A stretch of 41,432 nucleotides of DNA, from UHGV virus genome UHGV-1461890. The stretch is one strand, 5' to 3'. The position numbers and the translations under genes were made by a program. The DNA comes from a virus. Positions within the stretch are counted from its first letter, which is position 1. The number at the start of each line of letters is the position of its first letter. This document shows, piece by piece, positions 27,338-35,783 of the stretch. A model generated the notes under the pieces. That model searched no databases, was not told where the DNA came from, and saw only the letters and a program-made list of their open reading frames with translations.

Positions 27338-29203
27338 ATGAATTATGCAGTATATAATATTGCTCTTGACATACATAAGACAGGCTCTCAGGTAGCCTTG
27401 CCTATGATAAGAGGCGAGAACAAAAGAAAAATAGTTATCTCTCTTACCGAAAATGGTAGGCCATATAAAATAGCAAGTGGCTGCACAGCAAAGTTTGCAG
27501 CCTTTAAGCCTGACGGAAAACCTATTTATAACGATTGTGTTGTAGATATAGAAAACAATCTCATAATTTACACCATTACTTCTCAGACAACAGCAGTTAT
27601 GGGTGAAGTAAAGTGCCAAATTGAACTTATTGGAACTGATGACGGTTTACTCTTCTCCCCTACATTCAGCCTTATAGTTGCAGATAAATTATATAACCAA
27701 GAGCCTATATTAGCCTCATCCGAGGAGTTTAATGCTCTTACTGCCTATGTTGCTGACCTTCAGAAAAAACTTGATAATGGCGAGTTTAAAGGTGATAAGG
27801 GTGACAAGGGAGATAGGGGAGACCGAGGACCTCAAGGTGTTCAGGGTGATACAGGTCCTGCCGGTAAAGATGCAGACTCCTCTTCCCTATCTCCATCTAT
27901 TATATGTACCGAAAAGGGAACTGCAATTACTATTTCGGATAGTTCTGAGTCGGGATTTGAGGCTTTTAGCATATATGGAAGGTCCACTCAGAATGGAACA
28001 CCGACACCTTCGGCACCTGTAAACATTGCCTCGGTTGGTGATGATGGAAAGATTATTGCCGGTGTACAAGACAAAACTAATATATTTGATACTGTGTTCA
28101 CAAGCGGTGGCATTACTCAAGATACAGGAAAAGAATTCGTTGATACTACATTACAACGAACGGATTATATTTCCGTTAAGGAAGGGTCTATCTATAAAAT
28201 ATCAGGGTTAGGTGGCCCGGTCAGAATATTCTGTTACAATGCAAACAAAGTGTTTTTGTCCTCAATTTATGGAACGACAGGCGAATGGTTTGTTGTTCCA
28301 ACATCATGTGCTTTTATTAGATTTCATATAGTAATAGCTAATTACAACAAAGACTTGAAGGTAAATCGAATTAATGCAATAACCTTAGAAAATCGTGTGT
28401 TAAGAGCCATCCCTGTCACCGACTCAAGCCTCGCTACATACACCGATACTAACGGTCAAATGTGGTGCGCTGATGAGATAGACTTTGAGAGAGGAGTTTA
28501 TATTCAAAGATGCTATACTGAAACTATATCAATGACGTATGAAGAAGCAAATAACCGATATATAGGGGAAATAAGTAAAAATGCCAACTCGAAAATATCA
28601 AATAGCATTGGGATAATTGTTCTTACCGATAAATTGCCTTATAACGAGAATGCAGGAAAGATAGACGAAGCAGTGAATGGTGTGCGTGTATCTTACGGAA
28701 ACAAAAAAGCGGTAATTGCTTACTTTAATGACGAGGTCATATCTTCGCTCAATATTCTCTATCCGTTAGAGATATCAATCGAAACACCTTTAACCTCAGA
28801 ACAAATTGCAGCATACAAGGCCCTGAAGACAAATTACCCATCTACAACCATATTAAATGATGAAAATGCATTTATGAAGGTGGGATATAGAGCTGATACT
28901 AAGAAGTTTATAGAGAAAATGTCAGGCTCGACTACTCAGATTTCTTCCGTTACTCTTGCTGCTTCAAAATGGGTAGGCACAGCAAGTCCATATTCTCAGG
29001 TTGTGACAGTTCCGGGTGCTACTAAAAACAGCAAGATAGACCTTAACCCTTCCGTTGCTCAGCTTGGTATCTTCCATAATAAAGATATTTCCTTTGTGGT
29101 TGAAAATGATGACGGAGTAATAACGGTATATTGCATAGGTCAGAAACCTACAAACGATTACACAATACAAGCCACAATTACGGAGGTGTATGTAAATGGC
29201 TAA
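27338..29203 (+). CDS. tail fibre / receptor-binding protein with BppU-like N-terminus and short collagen-like G-X-Y repeat
   Basis: ATG at 27338 with RBS GGAGGG at 7-nt spacing. GDKGDKGDRGDRGPQGVQGDTGPAG lies at nt ~27791-27868, followed by a beta-rich C-terminal region. Confidence 0.65.
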   Translation: MNYAVYNIALDIHKTGSQVALPMIRGENKRKIVISLTENGRPYKIASGCTAKFAAFKPDGKPIYNDCVVDIENNLIIYTITSQTTAVMGEVKCQIELIGTDDGLLFSPTFSLIVADKLYNQEPILASSEEFNALTAYVADLQKKLDNGEFKGDKGDKGDRGDRGPQGVQGDTGPAGKDADSSSLSPSIICTEKGTAITISDSSESGFEAFSIYGRSTQNGTPTPSAPVNIASVGDDGKIIAGVQDKTNIFDTVFTSGGITQDTGKEFVDTTLQRTDYISVKEGSIYKISGLGGPVRIFCYNANKVFLSSIYGTTGEWFVVPTSCAFIRFHIVIANYNKDLKVNRINAITLENRVLRAIPVTDSSLATYTDTNGQMWCADEIDFERGVYIQRCYTETISMTYEEANNRYIGEISKNANSKISNSIGIIVLTDKLPYNENAGKIDEAVNGVRVSYGNKKAVIAYFNDEVISSLNILYPLEISIETPLTSEQIAAYKALKTNYPSTTILNDENAFMKVGYRADTKKFIEKMSGSTTQISSVTLAASKWVGTASPYSQVVTVPGATKNSKIDLNPSVAQLGIFHNKDISFVVENDDGVITVYCIGQKPTNDYTIQATITEVYVNG

Positions 29204-30290
29204 AATTTATGGTGGTACAATCACAACACCAATCAATCCGGAAATGTTTGGTGGTAATGCCAACACTATAAAGAACAGTGTAAGCGGTAGCATAGTAACC
29301 ATACCTGACATTTCACCTATTGAACATAATCTAGATATTAAGTTGACAGGAGAGGTTGGAGTTGAGGTATTTGATATTTCTCAAATATCGAGCAATGATA
29401 CCATTCAGGTAAATGTGGAAAATGGCACAATAACAACAGGCGACGCTAAAGGCTATACAACTGAAAGCTTTGGAGCATTATATCCTGAAATTAAAGATGG
29501 TGACAAAGTAACAATTAGTTATAAATCAAATGGCAAAATATATGTTGGTGAGGGGTTGTTTGACGAAAGCGAAGAAAACGGCATTATATATTTGCGTTTT
29601 ATTGCAAGTGAAAATTACCATTTAACAAGCTCGATTGCTTTTAGTTCAGAAACAACCTATACCAATATAAGCATTAAAGTCGCCCGACCAATAGTCGATT
29701 TTTCTGATGTCGAGGTTATCAGTAGCGGTAAAAATCTGTTTAATGTTGATGTATTTGTATCTAATGAAAAAGGAATTACAAACAATGGCGACGGAACATT
29801 AACCGTTACACAATATCCTTCGTATACAGACCGCACATTAGCAGATTTATTCCCTGCTTTAAGAGTGGGCGACACTATTATATTTAACGTAGATACTAAT
29901 TATACAGATTATTACCATAAGATGATTTATTTAAGTAGCACTACACATAAAATTAGAATTGGTACACCATACACCATAAAAAAGGGTGACTTGTCTGATA
30001 AAGTGTGTCTATATTGCTATAGAGCAGATGGCGTAAACTACCCAACTACTTTTTCTAATATGCAAATAGAATTGGGAACTGTAAAAACAGAATATGAGCC
30101 TTACCGAGAACCACAAATTGTCAGGGCAAATGCCGACGGTGCGGTTAAAGGACTTAAAAGTATTTATCCCACAACTGTTTTAAAGGCAGATACAGAGGGT
30201 GTAATAATCAACACTACCTACAATGTTGATACCAAAACATATATAGACCGAAAATTTGCCGAGCTTTCACAGGCACTACTTAATTTATAG
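29196..30290 (+). CDS. putative second fibre / distal tail protein
   Basis: 364 aa with start overlapping the upstream stop (ATGTAAATGG); Thr/Ser/Gly/Asn-rich beta-type composition. Confidence 0.45.
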   Translation: MAKIYGGTITTPINPEMFGGNANTIKNSVSGSIVTIPDISPIEHNLDIKLTGEVGVEVFDISQISSNDTIQVNVENGTITTGDAKGYTTESFGALYPEIKDGDKVTISYKSNGKIYVGEGLFDESEENGIIYLRFIASENYHLTSSIAFSSETTYTNISIKVARPIVDFSDVEVISSGKNLFNVDVFVSNEKGITNNGDGTLTVTQYPSYTDRTLADLFPALRVGDTIIFNVDTNYTDYYHKMIYLSSTTHKIRIGTPYTIKKGDLSDKVCLYCYRADGVNYPTTFSNMQIELGTVKTEYEPYREPQIVRANADGAVKGLKSIYPTTVLKADTEGVIINTTYNVDTKTYIDRKFAELSQALLNL

Positions 30291-30302
30291 GAGGAATTTT
30301 AA

Positions 30303-30692
30303 ATGTTTAATACAGTAAAAAATGTTTTATCACAGGGCGGTTATGACCTAAAGGACATACTTAATAAAATTGAGGTGCTTTGGGTAAAAGGTAAGCTCAC
30401 AGACGAGGAACACGAAGAACTTATTACTCTTGCAAGAGATGGTGCTAAACCTGAAAATAGCCTTGATGTTTTTGCAAAACTTGATGAATTTGAAAAGCGT
30501 ATAAGAGCGTTAAAGGACAACACCGACAAACCTGATGCAGAAACCTATATAGAGTTTGAAAATGGTAAATGGTATTACAACGGTGACAAGATACTATTTG
30601 AGGGCGAAAACTATGTGTGTATAGCGCCTGAGGGTACCGTGTGCGTATGGTCGCCAAAAGACTACCCTACTTATTGGGAAAAGGCGGTGTAA
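30303..30692 (+). CDS. hypothetical protein (XkdX-like position downstream of fibres)
   Basis: 129 aa with RBS TAGGAGGAA. Confidence 0.4.
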   Translation: MFNTVKNVLSQGGYDLKDILNKIEVLWVKGKLTDEEHEELITLARDGAKPENSLDVFAKLDEFEKRIRALKDNTDKPDAETYIEFENGKWYYNGDKILFEGENYVCIAPEGTVCVWSPKDYPTYWEKAV

Positions 30693-30695
30693 CCG

Positions 30696-30974
30696 TTGGC
30701 GACAGAATACATCGAGTTTGTGAAGTTAATTGTTTCAGAACTTACAATAATGGCACCTGTGATAATTGCGATATTTTTAATTATACAGGGTATTAAATGT
30801 TTGTTGAGGAGCGAGATGCTTCGAACATATTACCACAATAAAGACCGTGAAAAGATAAGACAGTTTGAGCTTGAAAATTTTATAGCCTTATACAAAGCAT
30901 ACAAAGCACTTAGAGGCAACAGCTTCATTGATAAAATATATAAAGAGGTTATGTCTTGGGAAGTAATAAGTTAA
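30696..30974 (+). CDS. holin-like single-TM protein
   Basis: TTG start with RBS AAGGCGGTG. One transmembrane segment (IMAPVIIAIFLIIQGI) is followed by a charged C-terminus. Lies upstream of the holin/endolysin pair. Confidence 0.4.
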   Translation: MATEYIEFVKLIVSELTIMAPVIIAIFLIIQGIKCLLRSEMLRTYYHNKDREKIRQFELENFIALYKAYKALRGNSFIDKIYKEVMSWEVIS

Positions 30975-30986
30975 AGGAGAATTGTT

Positions 30987-31181
30987 ATGGAAAAGTTTAA
31001 GAAAATAGCAAAGTATGTATTAAACAGTTTAACTATCGTAAATGCCTTGCTAATAGGCTTAGACCCTATATGGAATATTCCGTATGCGGATAAAACCATA
31101 GCAACTATATCGGTGGTTATGGCGGTAATATCTACATACTTGTTAGGCAACAAAGCCGTAAGCAAAGCAAAGGGGGAATAA
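30987..31181 (+). CDS. holin (two transmembrane helices)
   Basis: 64 aa with RBS AAGGAGAA. Two hydrophobic helices and a C-terminal KAVSKAKGE tail; sits immediately upstream of, and overlaps, the amidase gene. Confidence 0.6.
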   Translation: MEKFKKIAKYVLNSLTIVNALLIGLDPIWNIPYADKTIATISVVMAVISTYLLGNKAVSKAKGE

Positions 31182-31182
31182 T

Positions 31183-31893
31183 ATGTTCAAACTCGCATTG
31201 AATTCAGGACATTATAAAGAAACGGCAGGTAAACGATGCCTTAAAAAACTTGATAAGAACGAGACAAGAGAATGGGTGCTGAATGACCGAATCTGTGATA
31301 AGATTGAACAAAAGTTAAAAGACTATGAAGGATATCAACTTTTGAGAATTGACGATACAACCGGAAGCACCGATGTATCCCTTGCCAATAGAGTGACTAA
31401 AGCAAACTCTTGGGGTGCTGACTTCTATCTTTCTATTCACCATAACGCAGGTATCAATGGTGGCACAGGCGGTGGTGTAATGGCATATACATATACCAAA
31501 GTTGATGAAATTACAAAGGCTTGGCAGAAGGAACTGTATAATGCAATCATCAAGAACACAGGATTAAAGGGTAATCGTTCTACTCCCCTTGCTTCTGCAA
31601 ATCTTTACGAATGCAGAAAGACAAGTATGCCATGTGTACTCCTTGAATGTGGCTTTATGGACTCCGCAACAGATGTTCCGGTCATCCTTACCGATGACTT
31701 TGCGGACAAGGTTGCATCCGCTTGTGTCTCTGTAATTGTCTCTAAGGGCGGTTTAACTAAAAAGAAGGTAGAAGAGCCTACCACATCAAAAGTCCTTTAC
31801 AGAGTGCAAACAGGAGCATTTTTTGATAAGGCTAACGCAGTTGAGCTTGTAAACAAGTTAAAGAAAGACGGTTACGATGCAATAATCGTATAA
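31183..31893 (+). CDS. endolysin: N-acetylmuramoyl-L-alanine amidase (Amidase_3 type) with C-terminal SPOR domain
   Basis: LSIHHNAG and VLLECGFMDSATD fit MurNAc-LAA motifs. C-terminal YRVQTGAFFDKANAVELVNKLKKDGYDAIIV matches the SPOR repeat consensus. Confidence 0.8.
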   Translation: MFKLALNSGHYKETAGKRCLKKLDKNETREWVLNDRICDKIEQKLKDYEGYQLLRIDDTTGSTDVSLANRVTKANSWGADFYLSIHHNAGINGGTGGGVMAYTYTKVDEITKAWQKELYNAIIKNTGLKGNRSTPLASANLYECRKTSMPCVLLECGFMDSATDVPVILTDDFADKVASACVSVIVSKGGLTKKKVEEPTTSKVLYRVQTGAFFDKANAVELVNKLKKDGYDAIIV

Positions 31894-31897
31894 AAAA

Positions 31898-31928
31898 ATA
31901 GAGTCTCCTTTGCGGAGGCTCTATTTTA
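31898..31928 (+). terminator. rho-independent terminator after the lysis cassette
   Basis: ATAGAGTCTCC-TTTGC-GGAGGCTCTAT followed by TTTT. Confidence 0.65.
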
Positions 31929-31945
31929 CTTATGTATTGATATAG

Positions 31946-31974
31946 TTGACAAATAAAGGAAAATGTGTTAAACT
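31946..31974 (+). promoter_or_regulatory. near-consensus sigma-A type promoter (TTGACA-17 nt-TAAACT, with TGT upstream of the -10)
   Basis: Read directly from the sequence. No protein-coding gene follows; only a ~75-nt region that ends at the terminator at 32018. Confidence 0.45.
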
Positions 31975-32017
31975 AACTACACAACAAATGAGATGTTTTA
32001 ACACATCTTCCAAGAAA

Positions 32018-32056
32018 AATCTTATGATTTACGGCAATAAATCATAAGATTTTTTA
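32018..32056. terminator. bidirectional hairpin terminator with a perfect 13-bp stem (AATCTTATGATTT / AAATCATAAGATT)
   Basis: T-run on the + strand (TTTTTTATTT) and A-run upstream, i.e. a T-run on the minus strand. Likely terminates int transcription and any transcript from the 31946 promoter. Confidence 0.65.
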
Positions 32057-32064
32057 TTTAATTA

Positions 32065-32110
32065 TTATCATAAAAAACAATTAGGTGGACCTTATTGAAT
32101 TTTATGATAA
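32065..32110. other. candidate attP core for the serine integrase: 46-bp imperfect palindrome with perfect 11-bp arms
   Basis: TTATCATAAAA-N24-TTTTATGATAA. The 24-bp centre AACAATTAGGTG|GACCTTATTGAA is itself 8/12 symmetric. The right arm ends exactly at the int stop codon. Confidence 0.45.
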
Positions 32111-33607
32111 CTAAATATCGTGAAAATAAATAGCTAAATTGCCTTTAGCCTTTTCAAATACAACCTTTTCAATTATTGTGCGTAACGCTTCATTCTTAGC
32201 CCGAGGTGTTACATCTTCCCTTTTTATGAACTCAAGTATGCCTACAACCTTTTCAGAGAAGGCATCTATGTCAATATCCTTAACTATGACCTTATCCCTA
32301 TCCTGCTTTAATTTCTCAATCTTAGTGGTTATTTCAGCCTTATTATTACCATACTGTTCAATGGTATCAATTTCGGCAAGGTAAGCCTCCTTTGCTCTTT
32401 CAAGCCTTCTTTCCTCTAAGGCTATGAGCTTATCATAGTCTATGGTAGGCTTTTCAGTTTGCTTAGGTGCTTTGGGTGTGATGTTAAATTGTTGGCTTCC
32501 TATGGCCTGTTCTAAACCTTTAATAAAGGCGCTTTCTAATTTAATCATACTGATAGAGTGAGATGTGTGACAAGAGCCTCTTGAATAGTTGCAACATTGT
32601 AAGGAGTGTGTTTTTTTCTTTGCAGCAAGATTCCTTGTTCCGTTATAAGCAAGTGTCGCTCCACAAGCACTACATCTAACAAGCCCTTTAAGGATATAAT
32701 CAATAGGTTGCTGCCTCCGAGCATGTTTAGAATACAACAATTTCATAGTTTGCAATCTTTCCTGAACCTTATCCCACAGTTCCATTGATATAAGTGGTTG
32801 CCAATTACCATCAATAATTTGGATGTTTTCATTGAGATAATCCCTTTTACTTACTACCTTTGAACCATCAGGTGTCCATCTGATTTTACCTATATAAGCA
32901 GGATTCCATAAAATATACTCTATCCACCTATTATCAGGTATATTACCTCTTTTGGTACGAACTCCTCTCTGCCCGAGCGAAATTGTAATTTCTCTCATAC
33001 CTTCACCATCAGCAAACCTTTGAAATATTTCTTTGATAACATCGGCAGCACCGCTTTCTACATCGGGAAGATAGGTTTTATCACCATTTATGTATCCAAA
33101 AGGAGCAAATACAGCAGGCTCTCCTCTGCTTACCTTTTCTTCCATGCCTCTTGATACTTCAGCGCCGAGGTTGATAAGGTAAAATTCATCCATCCATTCT
33201 ATAATTCTCTCCATGAGGCTTCCAAAAGGACCTTCAGGTATAGGCTCTGATACAGATTTAACCGATATGCCTATCTTTTGAAGCAAGTTTTTATATACTA
33301 TACTTTGCTCTTGGTTTCTTGCAAAACGAGATAACTTCCACACATATATAATATCAAAGGGATGATTTTTCTCCTTTGCCATGGCTATCATCAAGTTAAA
33401 GTTATCTCTTTTCTTTACGCTCTTTCCTGAGATACCATCATCATAAAATACATACTCATCAGGGATTAAATAACCTTCCCTTGCTGCAAATTCTCTGATT
33501 TTTTTGAGCTGAGAATCAGGACTGTATTCATCTTGCCTTTCATCCGATACACGAACATAGGCAGCTCCTATTTTTAATAATTCGTTTTCCACTTTATCAC
33601 TCCTCAT
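32111..33607 (-). CDS. int: large serine recombinase (integrase)
   Basis: 498 aa. The N-terminal resolvase catalytic domain carries the YVRVSDERQ serine motif. A recombinase domain, a zinc-ribbon C-x2-C...C motif and a C-terminal coiled coil follow. Confidence 0.9.
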   Translation of the reverse strand: MRSDKVENELLKIGAAYVRVSDERQDEYSPDSQLKKIREFAAREGYLIPDEYVFYDDGISGKSVKKRDNFNLMIAMAKEKNHPFDIIYVWKLSRFARNQEQSIVYKNLLQKIGISVKSVSEPIPEGPFGSLMERIIEWMDEFYLINLGAEVSRGMEEKVSRGEPAVFAPFGYINGDKTYLPDVESGAADVIKEIFQRFADGEGMREITISLGQRGVRTKRGNIPDNRWIEYILWNPAYIGKIRWTPDGSKVVSKRDYLNENIQIIDGNWQPLISMELWDKVQERLQTMKLLYSKHARRQQPIDYILKGLVRCSACGATLAYNGTRNLAAKKKTHSLQCCNYSRGSCHTSHSISMIKLESAFIKGLEQAIGSQQFNITPKAPKQTEKPTIDYDKLIALEERRLERAKEAYLAEIDTIEQYGNNKAEITTKIEKLKQDRDKVIVKDIDIDAFSEKVVGILEFIKREDVTPRAKNEALRTIIEKVVFEKAKGNLAIYFHDI

Positions 33608-33839
33608 CTATTTCATCTTCAAAATCTTCAGCACAATATTCACATACTGTTCTACCATCTTTTAAGTGAAAAAACTCAACATAGTCATAAGACCAATACT
33701 CGTTACATTCCTCGCATAAAAAATAGTTTTCATCTAAGCATTTCTTACACAGGTGATTTTTCTCGTCAGCAATAACCAAATCACAGTTTTCAGTTCCACA
33801 CTCAGTACAAGTGCCGGTATATTCTCTTGAAGTGTTCAT
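33597..33839 (-). CDS. small acidic zinc-ribbon protein co-transcribed with int
   Basis: 80 aa with four C-x2-C pairs and a DEIDEE tail; its stop overlaps the int start. Confidence 0.5.
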   Translation of the reverse strand: MNTSREYTGTCTECGTENCDLVIADEKNHLCKKCLDENYFLCEECNEYWSYDYVEFFHLKDGRTVCEYCAEDFEDEIDEE

Positions 33840-33854
33840 AGTTCACCTGCTTTC

Positions 33855-34430
33855 TTAATCGTCTTTTATAAAGTGATTAAAAACTAAGTAAAAAAATAAT
33901 ATTACTATTCCTACTAAAAAGAAAATTTTTGTTAATATTCCTGAGTAAGAATCCATAACGATATTTCCTATTACATCAATCCACAATAACAACAAAAAAT
34001 ATCCAACAACTTTTAATAAATCTTTATTTTGCAATATTTTTTTTAAAACACTTGTTATTTTATCTTTTATACAAAAATTTGTAATCTTACTTTCGCCATA
34101 TAACACTCGGCGGTGAATCTTTTGAAAAAGCTTAGATTGCTCCATTTCTTCTAATTTTACTTCTAACTGTTTAATCTCTTTATCTAAAGCAGAATCTAAA
34201 GCAACTCTACTTTTTACAATATCAATTGTTTTTTGAGAATGTTGTGTATAGCTAATATTGCGAAAAAGACCAGTATATTCTCTTTTTTTATACTCTGCAT
34301 TTAAAAGTTCGTGATATACATCCTGATATTTTTTATAAGCAGCCTTTTCGTTATCATTTTTTAAATAGTCTTCAACATTAGTAAAACGAAAAAATTCTTG
34401 TATATCATCGATGTCAATTCTTTCACTCAT
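33855..34430 (-). CDS. membrane protein (C-terminal double TM), candidate superinfection-exclusion / abortive-infection factor
   Basis: 191 aa with a soluble N-terminal domain and two C-terminal hydrophobic helices; encoded in the lysogeny operon. Confidence 0.5.
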   Translation of the reverse strand: MSERIDIDDIQEFFRFTNVEDYLKNDNEKAAYKKYQDVYHELLNAEYKKREYTGLFRNISYTQHSQKTIDIVKSRVALDSALDKEIKQLEVKLEEMEQSKLFQKIHRRVLYGESKITNFCIKDKITSVLKKILQNKDLLKVVGYFLLLLWIDVIGNIVMDSYSGILTKIFFLVGIVILFFYLVFNHFIKDD

Positions 34431-34440
34431 AATAATTCCC

Positions 34441-34866
34441 CTAATCGTTTTTCTTCATGTAATAGTTATGCAAAGATATAATCTCTTCTTTATGGTCGAG
34501 TTTTAACCGTAATATGTCATTTTCGGATGTTAGCACTCCAACTTTGTCCTTAAGCATGACATTCTCAGCGGTTAAAAGTACAAGTTCGCTGCTGAGCCTT
34601 TCAACTTCAGCAGTAAGTTTGTCAACTTCTTCGTGCAGCATAGTGTAATTTTTACTGCCGATAACCACATTACTCTCGGCAAATAATTCGCCCATAGATA
34701 TGCCAAGAACGTCTGCAATTCGGTGAAGAGTAATAGCTTGTGGAGAGGGCGTTTCACCTGAAAAGATACGAGATACGGTCCTTTCGGGGAATTTTGACTC
34801 TTGAGCGATATATTTATAAGTATAACCAAGTTCTTTTCGTCTTTCTCTTATAATGTCAAGCCACAT
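34441..34866 (-). CDS. XRE-family HTH regulator with C-terminal leucine-zipper-like coiled coil
   Basis: 141 aa with an N-terminal HTH (YIAQESKFPERTVSRIFSG...ITLHRIADVLGISMGELF) and a C-terminal LxxLxxL heptad region. Confidence 0.65.
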   Translation of the reverse strand: MWLDIIRERRKELGYTYKYIAQESKFPERTVSRIFSGETPSPQAITLHRIADVLGISMGELFAESNVVIGSKNYTMLHEEVDKLTAEVERLSSELVLLTAENVMLKDKVGVLTSENDILRLKLDHKEEIISLHNYYMKKND

Positions 34867-34882
34867 ATTGATGTCCTTTCAG

Positions 34883-34916
34883 TAGTCAAATTTGGGTATG
34901 GATTAGTCAAAAATGG
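34883..34916. promoter_or_regulatory. direct repeat TAGTCAAAWWTGG x2 upstream of the HTH-coiled-coil gene
   Basis: Copies at 34883-34895 and 34904-34916. On the minus strand each contains a TTGACT -35-like hexamer. Confidence 0.35.
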
Positions 34917-34977
34917 ACATTGAAAATCAGCTTAAAATATTTTACAATTTGCCCAACAAAAAACCAATCAGAATAAA

Positions 34978-35007
34978 TTGACAATTTCGACAAATAAATG
35001 TTAAAAT
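34978..35007 (+). promoter_or_regulatory. plus-strand promoter-like element TTGACAATTTCGACAAATAAATG-TTAAAAT
   Basis: TTGACA at 34978-83, 17-nt spacer, then -10 TTAAAA/TAAAAT. The -35/spacer string closely resembles the cro promoter at 35736 (TTGACATTTCGACAAAAA). Confidence 0.4.
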
Positions 35008-35203
35008 AAATTAAGAACATTTGTTCGAAAAGTCCGTTTTTTTGTACATTGATTTTTGTATTATTAAATTATAACCGAAATATTCACCTTATTTATATGT
35101 TTTTCGGAAGGGGTATCATCAATGTCAAACAATCTTATAGAACTTCTAAGTATTATTCTTGAAAGCGGTAACCCGGAACAAGCAGTTCATACCGTAGCCA
35201 ATG

Positions 35204-35620
35204 TTATTTTTGGTCATTCATCTCAGCACGAATCGCACCGAGAAGAAATCTCTGTGTGTCAGGAGACATTTTGTCAAACGAAAGTGCCACCTCGATAAGA
35301 AGTTTTTTCGCATCGTCAGAAAGTAGACGGTATAATTCTAACCATTTCCTCTCACCCTCGGTAAGCTCCTGCTTGTCGGGGGATTGTGTTTCTTTCTCCA
35401 TTGGAACATCATATCCCATTAACCATGCCTCGCTGACATCTAAGGCGTTTGCAATAAGAAATATCCTGTCCTGCTTAGGCTCAAACGCACCACTTATATA
35501 TTGACTTATAGCGCTTTTAGGTATTCCTGTAAGAGTACAAAGGTCAGATTGTTTCATATTTCTTATGGATAATGCCCTTGATATTCTTTTAGCACAGGTC
35601 TCTTTTCCGTTACTCATCAT
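35204..35620 (-). CDS. CI-like XRE-family repressor
   Basis: N-terminal HTH (KRISRALSIRNMKQSDLCTLTGIPKSAISQYISG). Transcribed divergently from the cro-like gene. RBS GAGGTG with ATG at 35620/35617. Confidence 0.65.
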   Translation of the reverse strand: MMSNGKETCAKRISRALSIRNMKQSDLCTLTGIPKSAISQYISGAFEPKQDRIFLIANALDVSEAWLMGYDVPMEKETQSPDKQELTEGERKWLELYRLLSDDAKKLLIEVALSFDKMSPDTQRFLLGAIRAEMNDQK

Positions 35621-35646
35621 TTTCACCTCTTCAATATATTACCATA

Positions 35647-35783
35647 TAAGTTCAGAAAAATCAATACAAAGTTTAGAAAATTGGGGTTTTCAACCGAGAC
35701 AAAATAAAAAAGTTCAGAAAAATTGAAAAAAATACTTGACATTTCGACAAAAAACCGTTAAGATAAGTTCAGAAAATCTGAAC
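35647..35783. promoter_or_regulatory. genetic-switch region with three GTTCAGAAAA(A)T operator repeats, one a perfect palindrome GTTCAG-AAAAT-CTGAAC
   Basis: Copies at 35649-35666, 35712-35728 and 35767-35783, the last palindromic. A related GTTTAGAAAAT sits at 35670. The palindromic copy lies just downstream of the -10 of the rightward promoter. Confidence 0.6.
35736..35764 (+). promoter_or_regulatory. rightward early promoter (TTGACA-17 nt-TAAGAT) for the cro-like gene
   Basis: Read directly from the sequence; the operator palindrome is immediately downstream. Confidence 0.55.

Noticed and set aside
32139-32384. 81-aa plus-strand ORF antisense to the integrase 3' region
   Set aside because: It is embedded in the well-supported int CDS with no RBS. 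Spurious.
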